Shown here one piece after another: positions 11,296 through 25,827 of a stretch of DNA of 64,000 bases. The notes beneath the pieces were generated by a model that saw only the letters and a program-made list of their open reading frames with translations, searched no databases and was not told where the DNA came from. Every line of letters starts with the position of its first letter. The stretch's first letter is position 1. A program made the translations under genes and the position numbers. Source of the DNA: Botryllus schlosseri (Eukaryota); NCBI GenBank assembly GCA_051294905.1, contig CM119375.1:6200001-6264000 (forward strand). The letters run 5' to 3'.

Positions 11296-13754
11296 CAGAC
11301 ATGGGGTGATTACTTCATGAATGTAATCGATTGCGATTACGATTACTTCAGAATCACGCGATTACGATTACGATTACGATTACAGCAAAATCACGAAGTA
11401 GTCGATTACGATTACGATTACATTCGAAAAGTAATCACGATTCCTCACGATTACATTTCTTTTGCTTCTTAGGACTGTGATCTTAAATGATATATTGGAA
11501 GACAATACACAAGGATTGCGACGAAAAGGCTTAATGAGATATCAACTCTCTTCATACATCATGCGTCATTTGCTTATTACGTCATAATATACCAATTGCC
11601 CAACTTTATTGGGATGATTTATCGCACCCAACGATTTGCATTATTGCCAGGTCTTTACCTGCCGCACCCCAAATTCCTTAATAGGGTGGGGAGCGTGCTC
11701 GAGGGGGACTCAAAAGTATTTCGTAAATCAACATAAATTATAGAGTATTTTCGAGAATTCAATTAATTCTTGAAAATGTTCTTCGAGCTTCGCGATTCAA
11801 ATGTCTCTAGTACAGGGGTCACCAACGCGGACCAAATGAGTCGCCCGCGGTCGCTGTAGCAAATATTCAAATGAAAGATTTGAAAGTTGAAGCTGGTTTC
11901 ATATGAGCAGCAGTTGAACATGGGTCGGCCAACCCCACGGAACATACGAACGCAGTCGCTCGGGGCATTGCCCGTCTTCGCCCACGCGGCGGCTCAACTC
12001 GAATGAGCCCGGAGGAGCTGGTGTGAGTCCCGGCGAGTGAGCGTTTTATGTTCTTGGTAAGGGGCGGAAACCCGGCCCAGTGCTCTGATTGTTTTCCTTT
12101 TAAGTGAAGAAATCCAACTGAGCACGGATAAACGACGGGAGTAAGTGGTAACCCGTCGGTCGTCGGAATAATCAGTACACACTACACAAGAAGTAGCTTT
12201 TTGTTTCAAAACGGTTGGTGACCCCTGCTCCAGTAGATAGCTGGGTTTGAAATGCATACCTCTCCCCCTAAAAAAAAACATGCATAGGCTATTTTATGGG
12301 AGCAGGCATTTAGGAGCCGGTCATTACCGCGCCACGATCCCACAACACACCGAAAGGCATATGCAGTTTCAGCCAACACGCAACTCCACGGGATGTGATA
12401 CCAAAGAAATACCTTGGTCGAAACTTAAGGTATTCGTCCATTGTCAATAGCCGCATTAGGTGGGCGTGACTAATAATAGTCCTGTCCTTCCAATATGAGC
12501 CCACAATGCAAATGCCACCCGGCGCATCCACATAGGAATAAAGCCATGACAATTTGCGTGTGTGTCTCACGAAAGATATTCTTTTAGTCTGCTATGTTTG
12601 GGCGAGTACAATATCTGTTGATTAATCAACAGACTGGAGGTCACGAATTAACAACATACAATAAAGTAATTATAACAACATACCAGATGCTATAATTATG
12701 AATTACGTGCCCTAGCTCTACAGGTAAATCTGACACTCGGGGCTGAGAGAGGTTAAAAATAAATAGTAATCAAATTCAATGACCAATATTATTGACGAAA
12801 TTCAGTTTTGAAAATTGACCAACGGTTGGACTGGGGGACGAATTGCTGTTGGTTCTGACTCTAGCTACAACCCAAGCTAACATGTCAGGCTATATAAGCG
12901 GATGGTTATGGCGGCAGGTCCAAATGTTGAGTAACGAACTGTGAAATAACGATTGGCGCCCGTTTCAAGTAGTTATATGAGAATAAGATATAGTGAACAT
13001 AAAAATTCTGCCTTTAACTTAATACAGATACTACGAGCTGCTGTTACGAGAAACGGCTAAGCACGGCTCGGTTATGATATATATCAGCACTAGCAGCTGT
13101 TTATTTGTAATGCTTCGTTGTGGAAACTGCAATGTTTCATTCGACGAGTACAAAACTCCGAATTTTTGTCAGTTGTACGTGCGTACGTAGGCCTACTGCT
13201 CGCCAAGCCAAGCCAAACGTTGAAACTGCGTTTCACTGGGCACAACCAAACATCAATACATAAACCAATGATGATGAAGTTACTATTTGAAACTATAGGC
13301 AGAGTGGTGATCAATATCCTGCTGCGAGGTAGGGGCTTCTGTAGTGTATTGATAACCTGATATACACCACGGGGGTGTTCTAACAATCACACTACAATGT
13401 CCATCGCATGTCTGTTTACTATGTGTGGATACTTCTTACGCAATGACGAGCGGAGCTAATACTTCTGACGTTATAATGAGTAGTGGCGTTTGAAAATCAG
13501 ACGTTTGTGCTATCGCTAACGTGGTATATGATCTCATTCTTGTTCACGAATATTCAGTTTATGTCATAGTCCTTGTAAAAACAAAAAGTAATCGTTCTTT
13601 CACAAAGAAATCGATTAGATATGGGAAGTAGTCGATTACGATTACGATTACTTCGGATTTTTTTCGAATGTAATCGATTGCGATTACGATTACTTCAAAA
13701 TGCTGTAATCGTCGTAATCGATTACGATTACTAATCGCGATTACCCCATGTCTG
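11296..13754. mobile_element. hAT-type non-autonomous element with GATTAC subterminal arrays
   Basis: TIR CAGACATGGGG...CCCCATGTCTG; perfect 8-bp TSD ATGCAATG; (GATTAC)n arrays at 11305-11460 and 13630-13745. Confidence 0.9.
11813..12227. mobile_element. Buster-type hAT MITE nested in the GATTAC element
   Basis: TIR CAGGGGTCACCAAC...GTTGGTGACCCCTG; TSD CTCTAGTA/CTCCAGTA; a related left end is at 10072. Confidence 0.85.
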
Positions 13755-16700
13755 ATGCAATGTAGCGTGAAATAATGAAGCAGCGATACAACAGGCTAAT
13801 AGACCACATTTATTCCGTTACATTAGTAATAAGCCAACACACCACGTCAAGGTTTGATTATCGGGTTATGGAACTTTTCTAACAAATGCAGAGATTTGAT
13901 GATTGACCCATCTGTACGGAACCATCTTTTTGATTGGTACTCGGATTTCCACGTTTATTTGCTATAATCCTTGAAAAAGCACTTAAACCAAAGATGGGAT
14001 GATATGGAAGTTGTCAGCGGTACTTCACGAAAGTGTAATGCGGTCCGCATTCAACATAGTTGGGCCATATCTGAATACGTTTTGGCATATATTGCTCAGT
14101 CAACAAATGGCCGTGCGTTAAAAAGCACCTTTTTTGTAACCGGACAACTTTTTCTTAGGGGGGGAATTTCGGCTCAAATATTGGACAAGGGGTCCACGAG
14201 CCGAAAAAGGTTAGGAACCATTGCCATACACGGTCTTCTTGAAATATCGGGAGAAGGGTGCCGTTATGGTAGATCGACGTCCATAGGACAATGCCAATTG
14301 AGTAAACAATATTACCATTAGGTAGCAGATAGCCGTGAAGCACGGGCAGATATTCGATATCTGTATGCACATTACGTATTGTATCTTTTGACACAGCTTG
14401 ATTCTCTTACACTCAACGCAGTTTAGTACCATGTTTATAACTTCTGTGGTCGTTGCTGCTGTCCCGTGGAATGAAATCTATTGAGCCTAGATGCTGGACA
14501 GCTAAAGATTGAAATTGTAAGTGTAACGCTGCAAAATCACCTCCACCACAAAACCCACCAGGCTGCACGAAAGTACAGTGGTGTATGAGCAGCATTTTCA
14601 GTTGACTGTAGTTCGTAGAATATACTTGTCAAAAATTTTGAACGAAAAATTTGTTGACTTTGAGTTGGAACTTGGCGCGCTGATTCCGAAAATGCCGCTG
14701 GTTTTCTTCTATCACATTAAGTTTTTGCGCTACGACATATGCCCAAAATAAGCAAATTTTCACGAATTGACGAAGGTACTGGTATCGATCTAGGCCGATG
14801 CTTTCACCGATTTTTGATTATAGGATGCAATCATCCGAGGATATTTCGGACACATATTTGATGCAAACTGCAGGATATGGCAAGAAAAATAAACATTACA
14901 TTTACTATCAGCTATATACGTCCAATGCTACATTCAGCTTATCCCGTGCAACTTGAAACTCCTCTACGCTCGATAATTTGGATCAAGATGAAGGAAGATC
15001 TTAGGGATAGTAGGCCTAATAATGAAGATTTTGAAATCGAACATGATTCATAACGTAGAGTAGTCCATCAACACAAGTTAAATGATCATACATGGGCTTC
15101 GGGACCTGGAATAGAAATATTCGGAATTTTCAGCATCCTTGTGAATCGATAAAAGATTATTTGGCAAGAGAGAGAAGATATCTCACTTTCGATCATGAGA
15201 GACCGCGTTTTCATCATAGGGCTACTTTCGGTAGCTTTGTGTATTGCCGTGATACTGGCATTGGTATGATCTTGTTACCATGGGTTGCTGGAGAAGTTAG
15301 GAATCCCGATTTACCACTCCAGTGAATGGCAAATATCTATTGGTAGCTCAAAAAGGATTCTGCAAAGTGGCAACAGTCGTAGGGTCAGTAACAATTGCAC
15401 ACTCAGTTGGTCTTCGTGAATAATACAGAAATGTTGAATGGTTGCAATATCACAAGCACGATTGGATCATATCTGTCAGCTTTGGAATATTGTGTTTCTT
15501 ATTGGCCAGACAATAAGGATGCACAATGCACATTGCACATGTAACCCTGATACACATGTGCCACTTTCATATCTTTAAGTCGGACAGAAGACAATAAAAA
15601 AGGTAAAATATCGATGTAATTTCCTGGAAACCCAGGGCATAGTCAACGATGGCAAGGAGAAAGTGTCCCACAATATCTGAAGATGTTTGAGGTAAGATAC
15701 CAGAGTAGATTGAAACTTTCATATGTTAGCTCACTATTGATCCAGTATCAAACGAGACGATCCACAGAATTATGAGTTATTAGCATAAATTTGTACCCTG
15801 AAACTCGCACTTTATTTGTCATGCAGAATCAATATCAGTTTAAATCAACCAAATAAAGTAATGCAAATGTTTATTTGAAGTCTATTGATTTACTATCGGC
15901 TGCTCGGGGTTTTTAAAAGTTTTATACAATAAATCAAAATATTCAAAGTAGTAATTTTATGTTGGTTATGAGACAATGTGGGGGTTCATAACCTAAAAAC
16001 TTGATGTGGTCGAGAAAAACGGAAATAATTTTTAAATTCAGAGCCCAAATGTTAGTCAAGATCAATTGTCTGATCGAAGTCAACAAAAATTGTGTTCACC
16101 ATTGATACAGATATTTTTGCGATTTTGGTTTCCAATCCCTTCTATTACCCCACCTGAGTCTAGCTCAAACGTAAATCAATAACCAATGGCGCAGACCGCG
16201 TGCAATTACAACGTAAAACTTTATCAGGGGACTAACAATTTTTCTCTACGGGTCGCAGGTGTTCGGCAGAAGAACAATTCATTGAGTGCTTTTATGTAGC
16301 CTTAAAATGAGCTTCTCCAGAGTGGCATTATCCAGAATGTACCCTAACTGAGTATACTCAGTAGAGCGGCTACTCCGAAGTTGGAAGTCACTTCGATCTA
16401 AATCTCTGTTTCTTAGGTTCAAAAGGTATATTATACATGGCATATGACATAACCTTATTATGTCTTATTTATCAGGACCTTTGTGTCGTTCTGCGCCCCC
16501 ACACAGTTCCTTGGCCGACATGCCATAATAGCATCAGCTAGCAGTTACGCGAATTCATCAGTTAACCTTAATTTAGAGCCCTTTTCCTGTCGGTGATCGG
16601 TTTCAATCAAAATCTATCATCGGTTTATGGATGGTACGACGCAATTATGACATTTAACATCGTGATATATTTTGGAAATTGCAGTTGTTGAAACCTATTT

Positions 16701-17616
16701 TTCTGCACATATTAAACTTATTTTAAGATCAATAAAATCCGTTCTCACAGACGGCTTCGCGCCTATTTCAGATATTTTCACGCCCCTCATGGGGGGGGGA
16801 CAATTTGAGAACGAGGGGTCAAGTTACATACCAGAGTACAACGCACTAGTTGATAGCATTCAATGCCGGGCTTCACACTGACTGATATAGAAACAGATAA
16901 CATGATGTCCAGTCCAAAGTGTGACATGATTTATTTAAAAATTTGAGTTAACTATATTGTTGCATAATTTATACAACATGGCCGAAAATGGCGCACTCCA
17001 AACCTCCCAATAGCGGAAGCGGCGAGCTCGACGGGGGCCCAACATTATATTGTAAATCAACATAAATTATAGATTGTGTGAAAACGTATTAGGTTGCTGT
17101 GGGGAACAATCGATTTACCGACTGCCTTTTACTAACAAAAATATCCGTTAGCGCAAACCTGTTCCACTCGCTTTCGAAATTTGGCCCCATGTCCTTATTT
17201 ACTAAATTCTCAACTGTTCGGATACGCTATTGTGCAAGTTGAAAAGACAAGTTGTACAATTCTCAACTATAGCATTTCCGAGCTGTAGCCTATTCAAACA
17301 ATAGATAACTTGATGATCAGAATGAGAAAATTGAAGGGACACTGTCATGAAATGAAGTAAATATTTTACTGAGGAATGGTTTGATATTTGACAATTTGAC
17401 ATTTTGACGATCTCGCTTTAAGCATTTATCTTGGGATGTGACAGATGGCTTATTATGCGCACTAATCCTGGATTATCCACTAAGTTGGAAATACATTTGA
17501 CACATCCAAGTAATGGTAACGACCTTACATAATATGCAGGCACAACACATTCTTGAATACATCGACGATGATAGCTCATAGCCTATGATCGGATTGCATT
17601 AGGGTAAACTCTAGGG

Positions 17617-17850
17617 CAGTGCTCTTCAACCGGGGTTGACTACACCCTAGGGTGTACCGGAATTTGCAAAGGGTGTACCACTCGGATGGGGTGTACAGGG
17701 GTGTACCAGATCCGAATTACAATGAGCCGATGGCTAGCTATCACAAAGGCAGTTTTATGGGTCAGTACAGGTTGACGCACAGGTTAATGAGCAATATGGT
17801 GCGATGTTATCTCAAGTGTAATACTGCACACCGCATGATTGTGATGTCAT
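17617..17850 (+). repeat. Left part of the CAGTGCTCTTCAACC MITE family
   Basis: Near-identical to 25828-26060; no right TIR found. Confidence 0.8.
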
Positions 17851-20800
17851 AAGCAAATATTTCGGGTCAAGTATACTAAACGCCCAGAATAATGCCGGTA
17901 TCAGTGGGGAACACGGAATTTGAGATGTGATGTGATGCAGTATGTTTTGATTTGTGTTGCACGTGGGCCGCGATTTGGCCGGGGCTCAAGATTATTTGTA
18001 CTATATACGGAACAGATAAGTTTAAAGCCCGGAATAGGAGAGAAGGTGCATTGGTAATAAGCTGTCAAAAGAAGTTTATATGGGGCGGCTTTGAATTTTG
18101 ACCAATCACGAACGAGATAATCGCATACCTCTTCTCACAAGGGGCGTCAATCAGCCAAACTGAAACGAGCTATTGCCTCACAAAAACTAGGTTAAGTAAT
18201 TACAAAGCACCCGGGACAATGCAAAAGATCACAGGCTATCTACCTCAGGTAAGTGCCGCCTTGCGTGCAGGGATTTCGACGGGAGACACTTCTGGCGAGC
18301 TAATGATTGTGGGGATAAAAACCCGGGCCATTCCAGCGGCTTCACATTACACTGAACTGCCTCATATTATGGAAGACAACGGTGAAATTAATTATACCGA
18401 TCGTTTGCGCGCACATTTGATAATGGAGAGATGATATAAGGTAAGGCGAACAAATTTATAACCGTCATACTAAGTCTGATTTTAATAATAATAATATTTG
18501 TGTGCGTGCATTGTTATCGCAAGCATAAGTCCGCTTTCTCCGCACAATATTTGCGAGTGATATTAGTGCGTAATAATGTGAGAATGTGGGGCACAATAAT
18601 TTCATTTCGCAGGAGGTCAGCGGTGAATATAATAATCATCATCATTGATTTATTAGCAATTTTTGTCGGTTCAATGCTCCGCGGAAATGTGATACAATGA
18701 AAAGATAACATTTTTTGCGCTTCTCGCGATTTACCATGACGTATAGTTACTTGATTTTGCGAAACCCACGAAAATATATACGGCAACCTAAGATCGTATG
18801 AAACTGTTTTGATGCTTTAATCAGCGAGGGTGCACTGTGCAGCCTGTGGGACCGCGAATAGTTTATATGAACCAGGATTTTTGCGCTTGGCATTTTCACG
18901 TTAAGATACGCACGTTTCGGGCAAAATGCGACTGCTGCGTGTACTGTATGCGTTGCCAAATGATTGGCGGCGATAAAGCATCGAAATATAATAACCACCG
19001 CATGTTGGCCTAAACTTTCGACATTGATATGTCCAGGCACCGAAATCAGGGGTATATAGAGTTCTATAAGTCCCTGGCCGAAATGACCGACGCGGAGCTT
19101 GAGCCGCACGTCCCATATGAGATCCACACAAATAATGAGTCCCGTGCCGAAATGCGAATTTTAAATTGGGTTGGTCTCACGAAAGGATATGTTATTTTCG
19201 TTTCACCTGATACGTGTAAGCAATTCTCATATGTCTGGAGCAAAGACAACCTTTACCGCTATACCGCGATCTTTGAAGCTTTACAGACAAATCTAGTGTC
19301 AGACCAATAGTAACATCAAACCAACTTGCATGGTATAGGCGTAGAGACATTTTTTTATCATCAGGCCATCTCTTCATAACATCTTTGATCGGCCTGTCGC
19401 TTATTGGCTATGGTACCGAACACAGTAGCCTTGGAAACGATCAAGGTAACCACTGAAGATTGACCATTACGCGACTAAATTTAAAGGATGCACAATTGCA
19501 CAATGCACATATTACGTACATTAGACGGTAGGTCTAGTGCGGTAAGGACCAAAATTTATACCTTTCACGGCCAATACTGTAAGAATCACTGGCGTAACCA
19601 ATGCCGTTACCAGCTGCAGATAGGTGGTCCGTGTGATTCCTTACTTGAAACATTGAATATGACAAAATAAAATGGTTGGCACGCAAGTTGGTAATATTTT
19701 ACATTGTCTGATATTTTGGCATGCTGCATACGAAAGGTTGCCGGCACCTGGACTGGTGTTTATTTAGTGGCGAATGCGTGTGTTTCGACTTGGGTGCGGG
19801 CATGCTCGTCGGCTGTCGGATGGCCGGCGGGATGCTATTCCGCACGTCAGGTCCGGCATGTTTGATGGAGCGATGATCTTTTCGGTCGATCATGTGATGT
19901 TTGGGCGGCGTGCGGACGCGCGTGTGTTGTGCTTGTGCGCTTTTGATTCCGAGGTGAAGGGGTCATTGAAGTGTTCGGGGCAGTGACCGCAGTGGGAGAA
20001 TAATTATGAGTGTGAACAAAATGAGCCGGTGGAATTTATCGGCCAATACGAATATTGCTCACCAACTTGTGCAAATTCTAGAATAACGGCTAGACTTGAA
20101 AATATTGGGGTAATTTAGCACAAGAAGTCACGCAAGCAATAATCGCGTGTCGATAATCTTTTGTTTTTTAGTTTGCTCGTGGCGATCGTTATAAATAATT
20201 GATGAATATTCCGTTCGTGGTGACGATCGTAAGCTTCGTCGTGCTGCAAAGCTGTAATATCCGAATTCCTCAAAATGCGTTGCAGGATGGGCTGTTATTT
20301 TTCGCTTGCTACTATCGGATCGCTCTAAATAATTAATGAATATACTACTCTCGATGATGATCGAGATTTTCGTTGTATTTGAGACTTTTACGCGGAGTAC
20401 GAATTATATAATTCCCAAATTGCCGGGGATATTAATTCTACGATTATTACCGGCCCATATAATAGTACAACAAGAGAAGAATCAAGCTCGGTTAATAACT
20501 TGATACAGTGCATATCCACAAACAGGGGAATTATTACGCCTTTACGCCAAATACGACTCATGTTGCACCATACCATGGTATCATGCGCACTAAAACCACA
20601 TGGGGCCTAGGATCTGATATGTATAAGTTTGTATAAATGCAAACTACTCGCCTGCGCCCAATAACATAAGTCAATAATGCCCAAAATAGATTTCTACGAG
20701 GGCGAGATTATTCCATCAATGGAATGAGGCTTGAATTTCAGTGATCCAGACGCTTGAAAAACGCGTAGAAGCGTCAGACATGCGATCCGCAGAATGATTT

Positions 20801-23800
20801 ATTCCAATGCGTGAAACAAGTTTGAGCATTATAAAATGTTTACACAATTCGACGTAGGTTTTTAAAAAATACTGATATCTTGAATCCAAAATACCCCTTA
20901 AAGATAGCAATATGTTGAGCATATTCGTGGCTAGAATTCGAGATCGAAGTAACATAATCCAACAGCGATAAAGCGGTTTCGCTCTAGTATAAAAGATAAA
21001 TCATTAACAAAGAGCTACGGCGGACCACATGGATATCATAATAGTATACAGCGATATTTATGTGGTCATGCTTCTGTAATACTCCTGGATCGCTTGCATT
21101 TGAACCTTCAGTGTTCATCACAAAGCATGTTGCGATTGTCTAAAACTATATTACGATCTAGGAAAAAAATCACTGCCTTGTATCTTTTGTCAGGGCCGTC
21201 GTTTTAGCGGATGCAATAACTATATTTCCCTGGCAAATCGCCGTATTGTGTGCAGATTCTGTTGTTTGCGCATAAACGTATTGATATAGTGGGGCTTGAG
21301 AAAGTAGCCAGAACCTTACGCTAGACCGGGTGTGGGCAATTATTTTCCATCGCGGGCCAAATCAAAAGCGGCAAAAAACGTTGGTGGGCCGTAACAAAAG
21401 TCCAGACTATGGTCCGCGGCGTGCAGTTTCATCTCTAAATTGAAAACAGAATTATATTGTTAACACATGTCGCGAAGTGGATACTTAAATATTGGGCTGC
21501 GTCCCCAGCTCTGTGTGGCTTGGTAAAGTAGCCTTGCTCTTTTGCTAAGCTTCGGTAGCAGGTGCGCATCAGCCGCGGGTATGTATTCACTGCATGATTT
21601 GTTATCATAATGCCGACCCAAATTATATTCATTGAGCTCTGAGACCTGCTCCATGCCCATTACAAACCTTATGCTTATCATGACATTGTTTGTGAACGAG
21701 AACTGATCCACTTGATGACCGATTTGGAAACATATCCCTTCTCAAATTGAAAACCATTCTTACAATGCGTAATGTTACAATGACAACCAGAAGGTTTAAA
21801 CTGAACTATATGGAAAGAGTGAATTCTTGTGACTCCAAGGCTGCTCAAACTTCGCCAAATACATTGCCGTTATTTTGAGTCTTAATTACGCGTGCCAAGT
21901 ACGTGGACAGCATAATCTTGGCATATTAATGAACATGCTCCAAGGTGAACTGGTTTCCTGTTTAATTAATAGTCTTTGATTTAGTCATACAAAAATTCTG
22001 CCATGTCTGAGCCATCATTGCGGTTTCCGCAAGGGTATTGGTGGACAGATGTCGTGGTCCGAACAGATGTTATTTTTTCCCATACTCTACTCCTAAGGGA
22101 CCAGGATCATTGACATCTGTTAGGTGAGGTAATTAGTTACCGCAGCAGAATGGGGAATGTGCATTAAAAGCTTGTTACAGTTGAAATGTAACATTTTATA
22201 ACATCGTGAATCTGGTATAGGTCCGTCCCGAAGCGTAAACTTGCTTAGTCGTCAGACCATATATGATGCGAGCATGGCACACCCTCTAAAAGTCTTCGTA
22301 CACATTAGGGTATACGGAACATCCAGTTGGGAGCCCGCGCTTATACAATTGATCCCCTATGGCATATGGCAGTGGTTCTCAACCGCCGGTACGCGACGAC
22401 ATTCCTGCCGGCCCGCCAGTTCACCGGTCCGCCAGACGATTATCTCCGGCCTAGCGTGGAAATTTTAAGCCAATATACATCCTAAAGCGGCTCCACTCCT
22501 GTATAGGAGAAAAGTCGGCAAATCGATCCACCGCCAAAACGAAACCGTCATATGCAGTTTGTAAGAAGATCATAATAATTACACAAAGGTATGTAATTCC
22601 AATATCTGCGGCCGCTCCGCAGTATCACTCCCGTTTCGTAAGATAGGCCTACCCGAACAGTACAAGAACGCAGATTTCAAGGTGACATGTTAGACCTCTG
22701 GGATGAGATACTTCTCGCTTAATGACGTGTTTAGCTGGGCCCGATATCGCTCTAATATTCGCTGAAAAAGCGTTGTCTTTGTTATGTATCGTGCGCAACT
22801 CATAGTATAATAGAAAAGGAAGTTTCTGATCATCATGATGGTTATTATAATTATTATGACTATCATTGCAATCATGAGTGGTGCTTATCGCAATTTATGG
22901 CCTTGTGCACCACGGTAATCGGGAAATTCAAATCAAGCAGTAACTGAAGCAACTTATAACAACTTATTGCGCACTCAGCGACGGCGGTCGACAATTGAGA
23001 TAGAAGATCGATCATACCGATGCAGCAGGATTATACTACAAATCTGTTTGCGGCGAACTGTTTATGGATGTGTTAGGTCTACATTGACCCAGAACGCGAC
23101 GGCAGCAGCATCGTGTACAACTGTACAGTGTACATGCTACTTGACGATGCGATACTAGTCATGTAGTCTCAGTAATTGGGTTGTAGCACCCCGGGCCGCT
23201 AAAGTGCGATGAATATGAAAAATAGGTCACACATTGTGCAAATCGATCATACGTATGGCAGTGATGTAGCAGACTCTGTGAGACTGACCATTTGCGGACT
23301 GACAGTGCAGCAATGTCACGGGCATAAAGACCACAAAATGGCGAACACACAGTATCTAATGCGCAAAGTGCATTAAGACTCAGAGAGTGCAAAAACAACA
23401 TTAACGGCTGCTAAGGGGATTTAATGTTACTTAATGTCAAGAAAAACCATTAGAGAGTGACATCTCAGTGGGAAAACCACATTAATTCTGTTAAGAGCAT
23501 TTTCAGAGTGCTGTTTGACGTCACTAACTGTTAAAAAATTCTGATGTAACCTGATTTTATGGCATAAATCCATTAATGGTCCTTGGCCGGCTGTCCGTAA
23601 GTGATTAATTATTCAGTGTACCCCGAAAAATACCTTAAAATAGCTTCCCCCCATACACAAATCGTAGAATAATAGATTATTACACGCCATGAAAACTGTA
23701 TATAAACCCCAACATTGGCATGGTCAATATCAGAACACTTGGGTATCTACGGAAGAAGGAGGGAAGTCGAGATAGCAATACAAGGCTAATAAGAAGTTAG

Positions 23801-24053
23801 GGGGAGGCTATGCCCGACATTAGAATCGGACTCAGAAAACTAAAATGTAGGTAAAGGGTACTTATGCATACTGACGTGTTGAAAGGGGGGCCTTTGATGT
23901 ATATAGTATATCATTGATGGATAGTGCGAATACGGAAATGGGGTATAGTGGTATAGTGGCACTAGTGGTACGCGAAGGTCTTCCGGGTGGTACGCGAGTA
24001 GATTCTGTTTTTTTTTCGACCGAAGGGAGTTATTAGTTCAGGTGGGGTAGATT

Positions 24054-24190
24054 TTGAGTTTTCTGAAGCCGTCGTCTCGTGCTATTCCCCAGTTGCTAAT
24101 TTTCCCTTATAAATGGGAATGCGAGCAAGGATTTTCATCCCTGATGACTATTAAGTCGAAGAAACGAAACCGACTTGTTGCGCCCATACA
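24054..24190 (+). pseudogene. hAT (Buster/Charlie) transposase C-terminal remnant
   Basis: AIPQLLIFPYKWECEQGFSSLMTIKSKKRNRL matches the hAT dimerisation-domain consensus LLPFxTTYLCExGFSxLxxIKxKxRNRL; a matching right end ...AAAAAGGTTGGGAACCACTG is at 25711. Confidence 0.8.
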
Positions 24191-24390
24191 TGACTTTGGA
24201 TGCGCTGTAAGCAAACGTATACCATACCACGCATCGACAAGCTAGTGGAAAATAAACAAATGCAGCCATCGCATTTAAATAAATTGACCTTTGAATGTGT
24301 TTTGTTATTTCATTATGTTGTTCTTCTTGTGACTGGTGGTGAAAAAACAATACCATACATCCCATCAACCCTGGGTGATAATGTCTAGTT

Positions 24391-25559
24391 CAGGGGTGTC
24401 AAACTCAAATTGCATCGCGGGCCGGATCGAATTCATGAAATCGCTCGCGGGCCGGACCAGTCAACGGATTACAAAATATTGCCTCGTGCCATTGCTTCTC
24501 GCAGGAATACTTTATTATCAAGCATGGATCGTAGGGGTTTCATTCTAGCGAGTCGCAACACCATTATTTGCGAGCAATGAAATTGGCGAAATTACGATGT
24601 TTGTCCGGTTAAATACCAAAGCATTACCGGCGATACAAGTAGACATATTTCAGTGTTCCCTTTGCTTTGGTCTAGGGGTGGCCAACCTGCGGCCGTAAGA
24701 GGGAATTTGTGCGGCCGTAGACACGCAATTCAATTAGTATGTGTTGGCGGACGTCGACATGCAATTCAAATTTACGAATTGACTCCCGATTTCTTGAAAG
24801 ATTTTAATTATTCTTGAAATTTTCTTCGCGCTGCGCGCGATTCAATGCGACTACATTTTTCGATTTTAATATAGTAGCACCCTTTACAATCAGAGCCCCA
24901 CAATACAGATGCGAACATCGATGGAAAATGATGCGCCTCACATGGAAATATCAGCTCGGAATTGTGTGCTCCTCACTATACTAACAATCCTGATGGGAGG
25001 TCAAGAAATAACAGCTTGCTACAAAATGACTAATACCAATTGGCACACCCGAAGATGCATCATAATTTAAAACTTGCGTTAAATTTTCGAAAACACCCCT
25101 ACCTCAACTCTATACCAGTGAATCTGATCACACGGGATGAGAAAGGATAAATTTTTTATGGTAATATGTAAAACTACTAATATCAATGACGAAATTCAGT
25201 GGAGAATCTGTTTTTTTTTAGCGCTTCCTTCCTTAACATTACCAGTGACCACTCGCGATTTTGGTGCGTCCAGCTCGTGCATTACAACTATGTCTTGCAA
25301 TGCGGTCGTAGGCTACGCGAGGAGTCGAAATGCGGCCGTGAATGGCAAAAAGGTTGGCCACCCCTGCTTTAGTCATAATCTGGCGTTATCACTGCGTGTG
25401 CGTTGTGATGAATACAAGATATTTAACTTTCAACGCGGACTTTGTAATTTGGTTCATTACTGTGGATGTGATGGATAATATAATCTATTTTCAATGTACT
25501 CAGAATTGCTATGCGGGCCGGATAAAATCGTGTCGCGGGCCGTATGTTTGACATCCCTG
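24391..25559. mobile_element. Buster-type hAT MITE (CAGGGGTGTCAAAC family)
   Basis: TIR CAGGGGTGTCAAAC...GTTTGACATCCCTG; TSD GTCTAGTT/GCGTAGTT; same family as 62140-62972. Confidence 0.8.
24673..25366. mobile_element. Buster-type hAT MITE nested in 24391-25559
   Basis: TIR TAGGGGTGGCCAACC...GGTTGGCCACCCCTG; TSD CTTTGGTC/CTTTAGTC. Confidence 0.85.
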
Positions 25560-25827
25560 GCGTAGTTTAATAGAATTTGTTAATACACCTCGCATAGGTC
25601 AAATACGTGATTATGACGTCATAAATGTTGGAAACGTAACAATAGGTGGTACGCGAGCACTGCATAAAACCTCAAAATGGTACGTGGGTGGAAAAAGGTT
25701 GGGAACCACTGGACTAGGGCAATGGCACCCCCTCGAAAAGCATCTCAAATCTGATAATCGACCCAATCGCAACTACTCAAGGGTCATTGTTATGGTCAGT
25801 GTGCTGCGTCGCTGCGATCGTTTAGAA

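Noticed and set aside
15190-15700. Signal-anchor-like peptide (MRDRVFIIGLLSVALCIAVILALV*) and weak fucosyltransferase-like snippets
   Set aside because: Multiple stops in all frames and no recognisable conserved motif; cannot be supported without a search.
21440-22110. Minus-strand PRHLS motif and protein-like fragments
   Set aside because: Isolated 5-residue match among many stops, with none of the other GT7 motifs.
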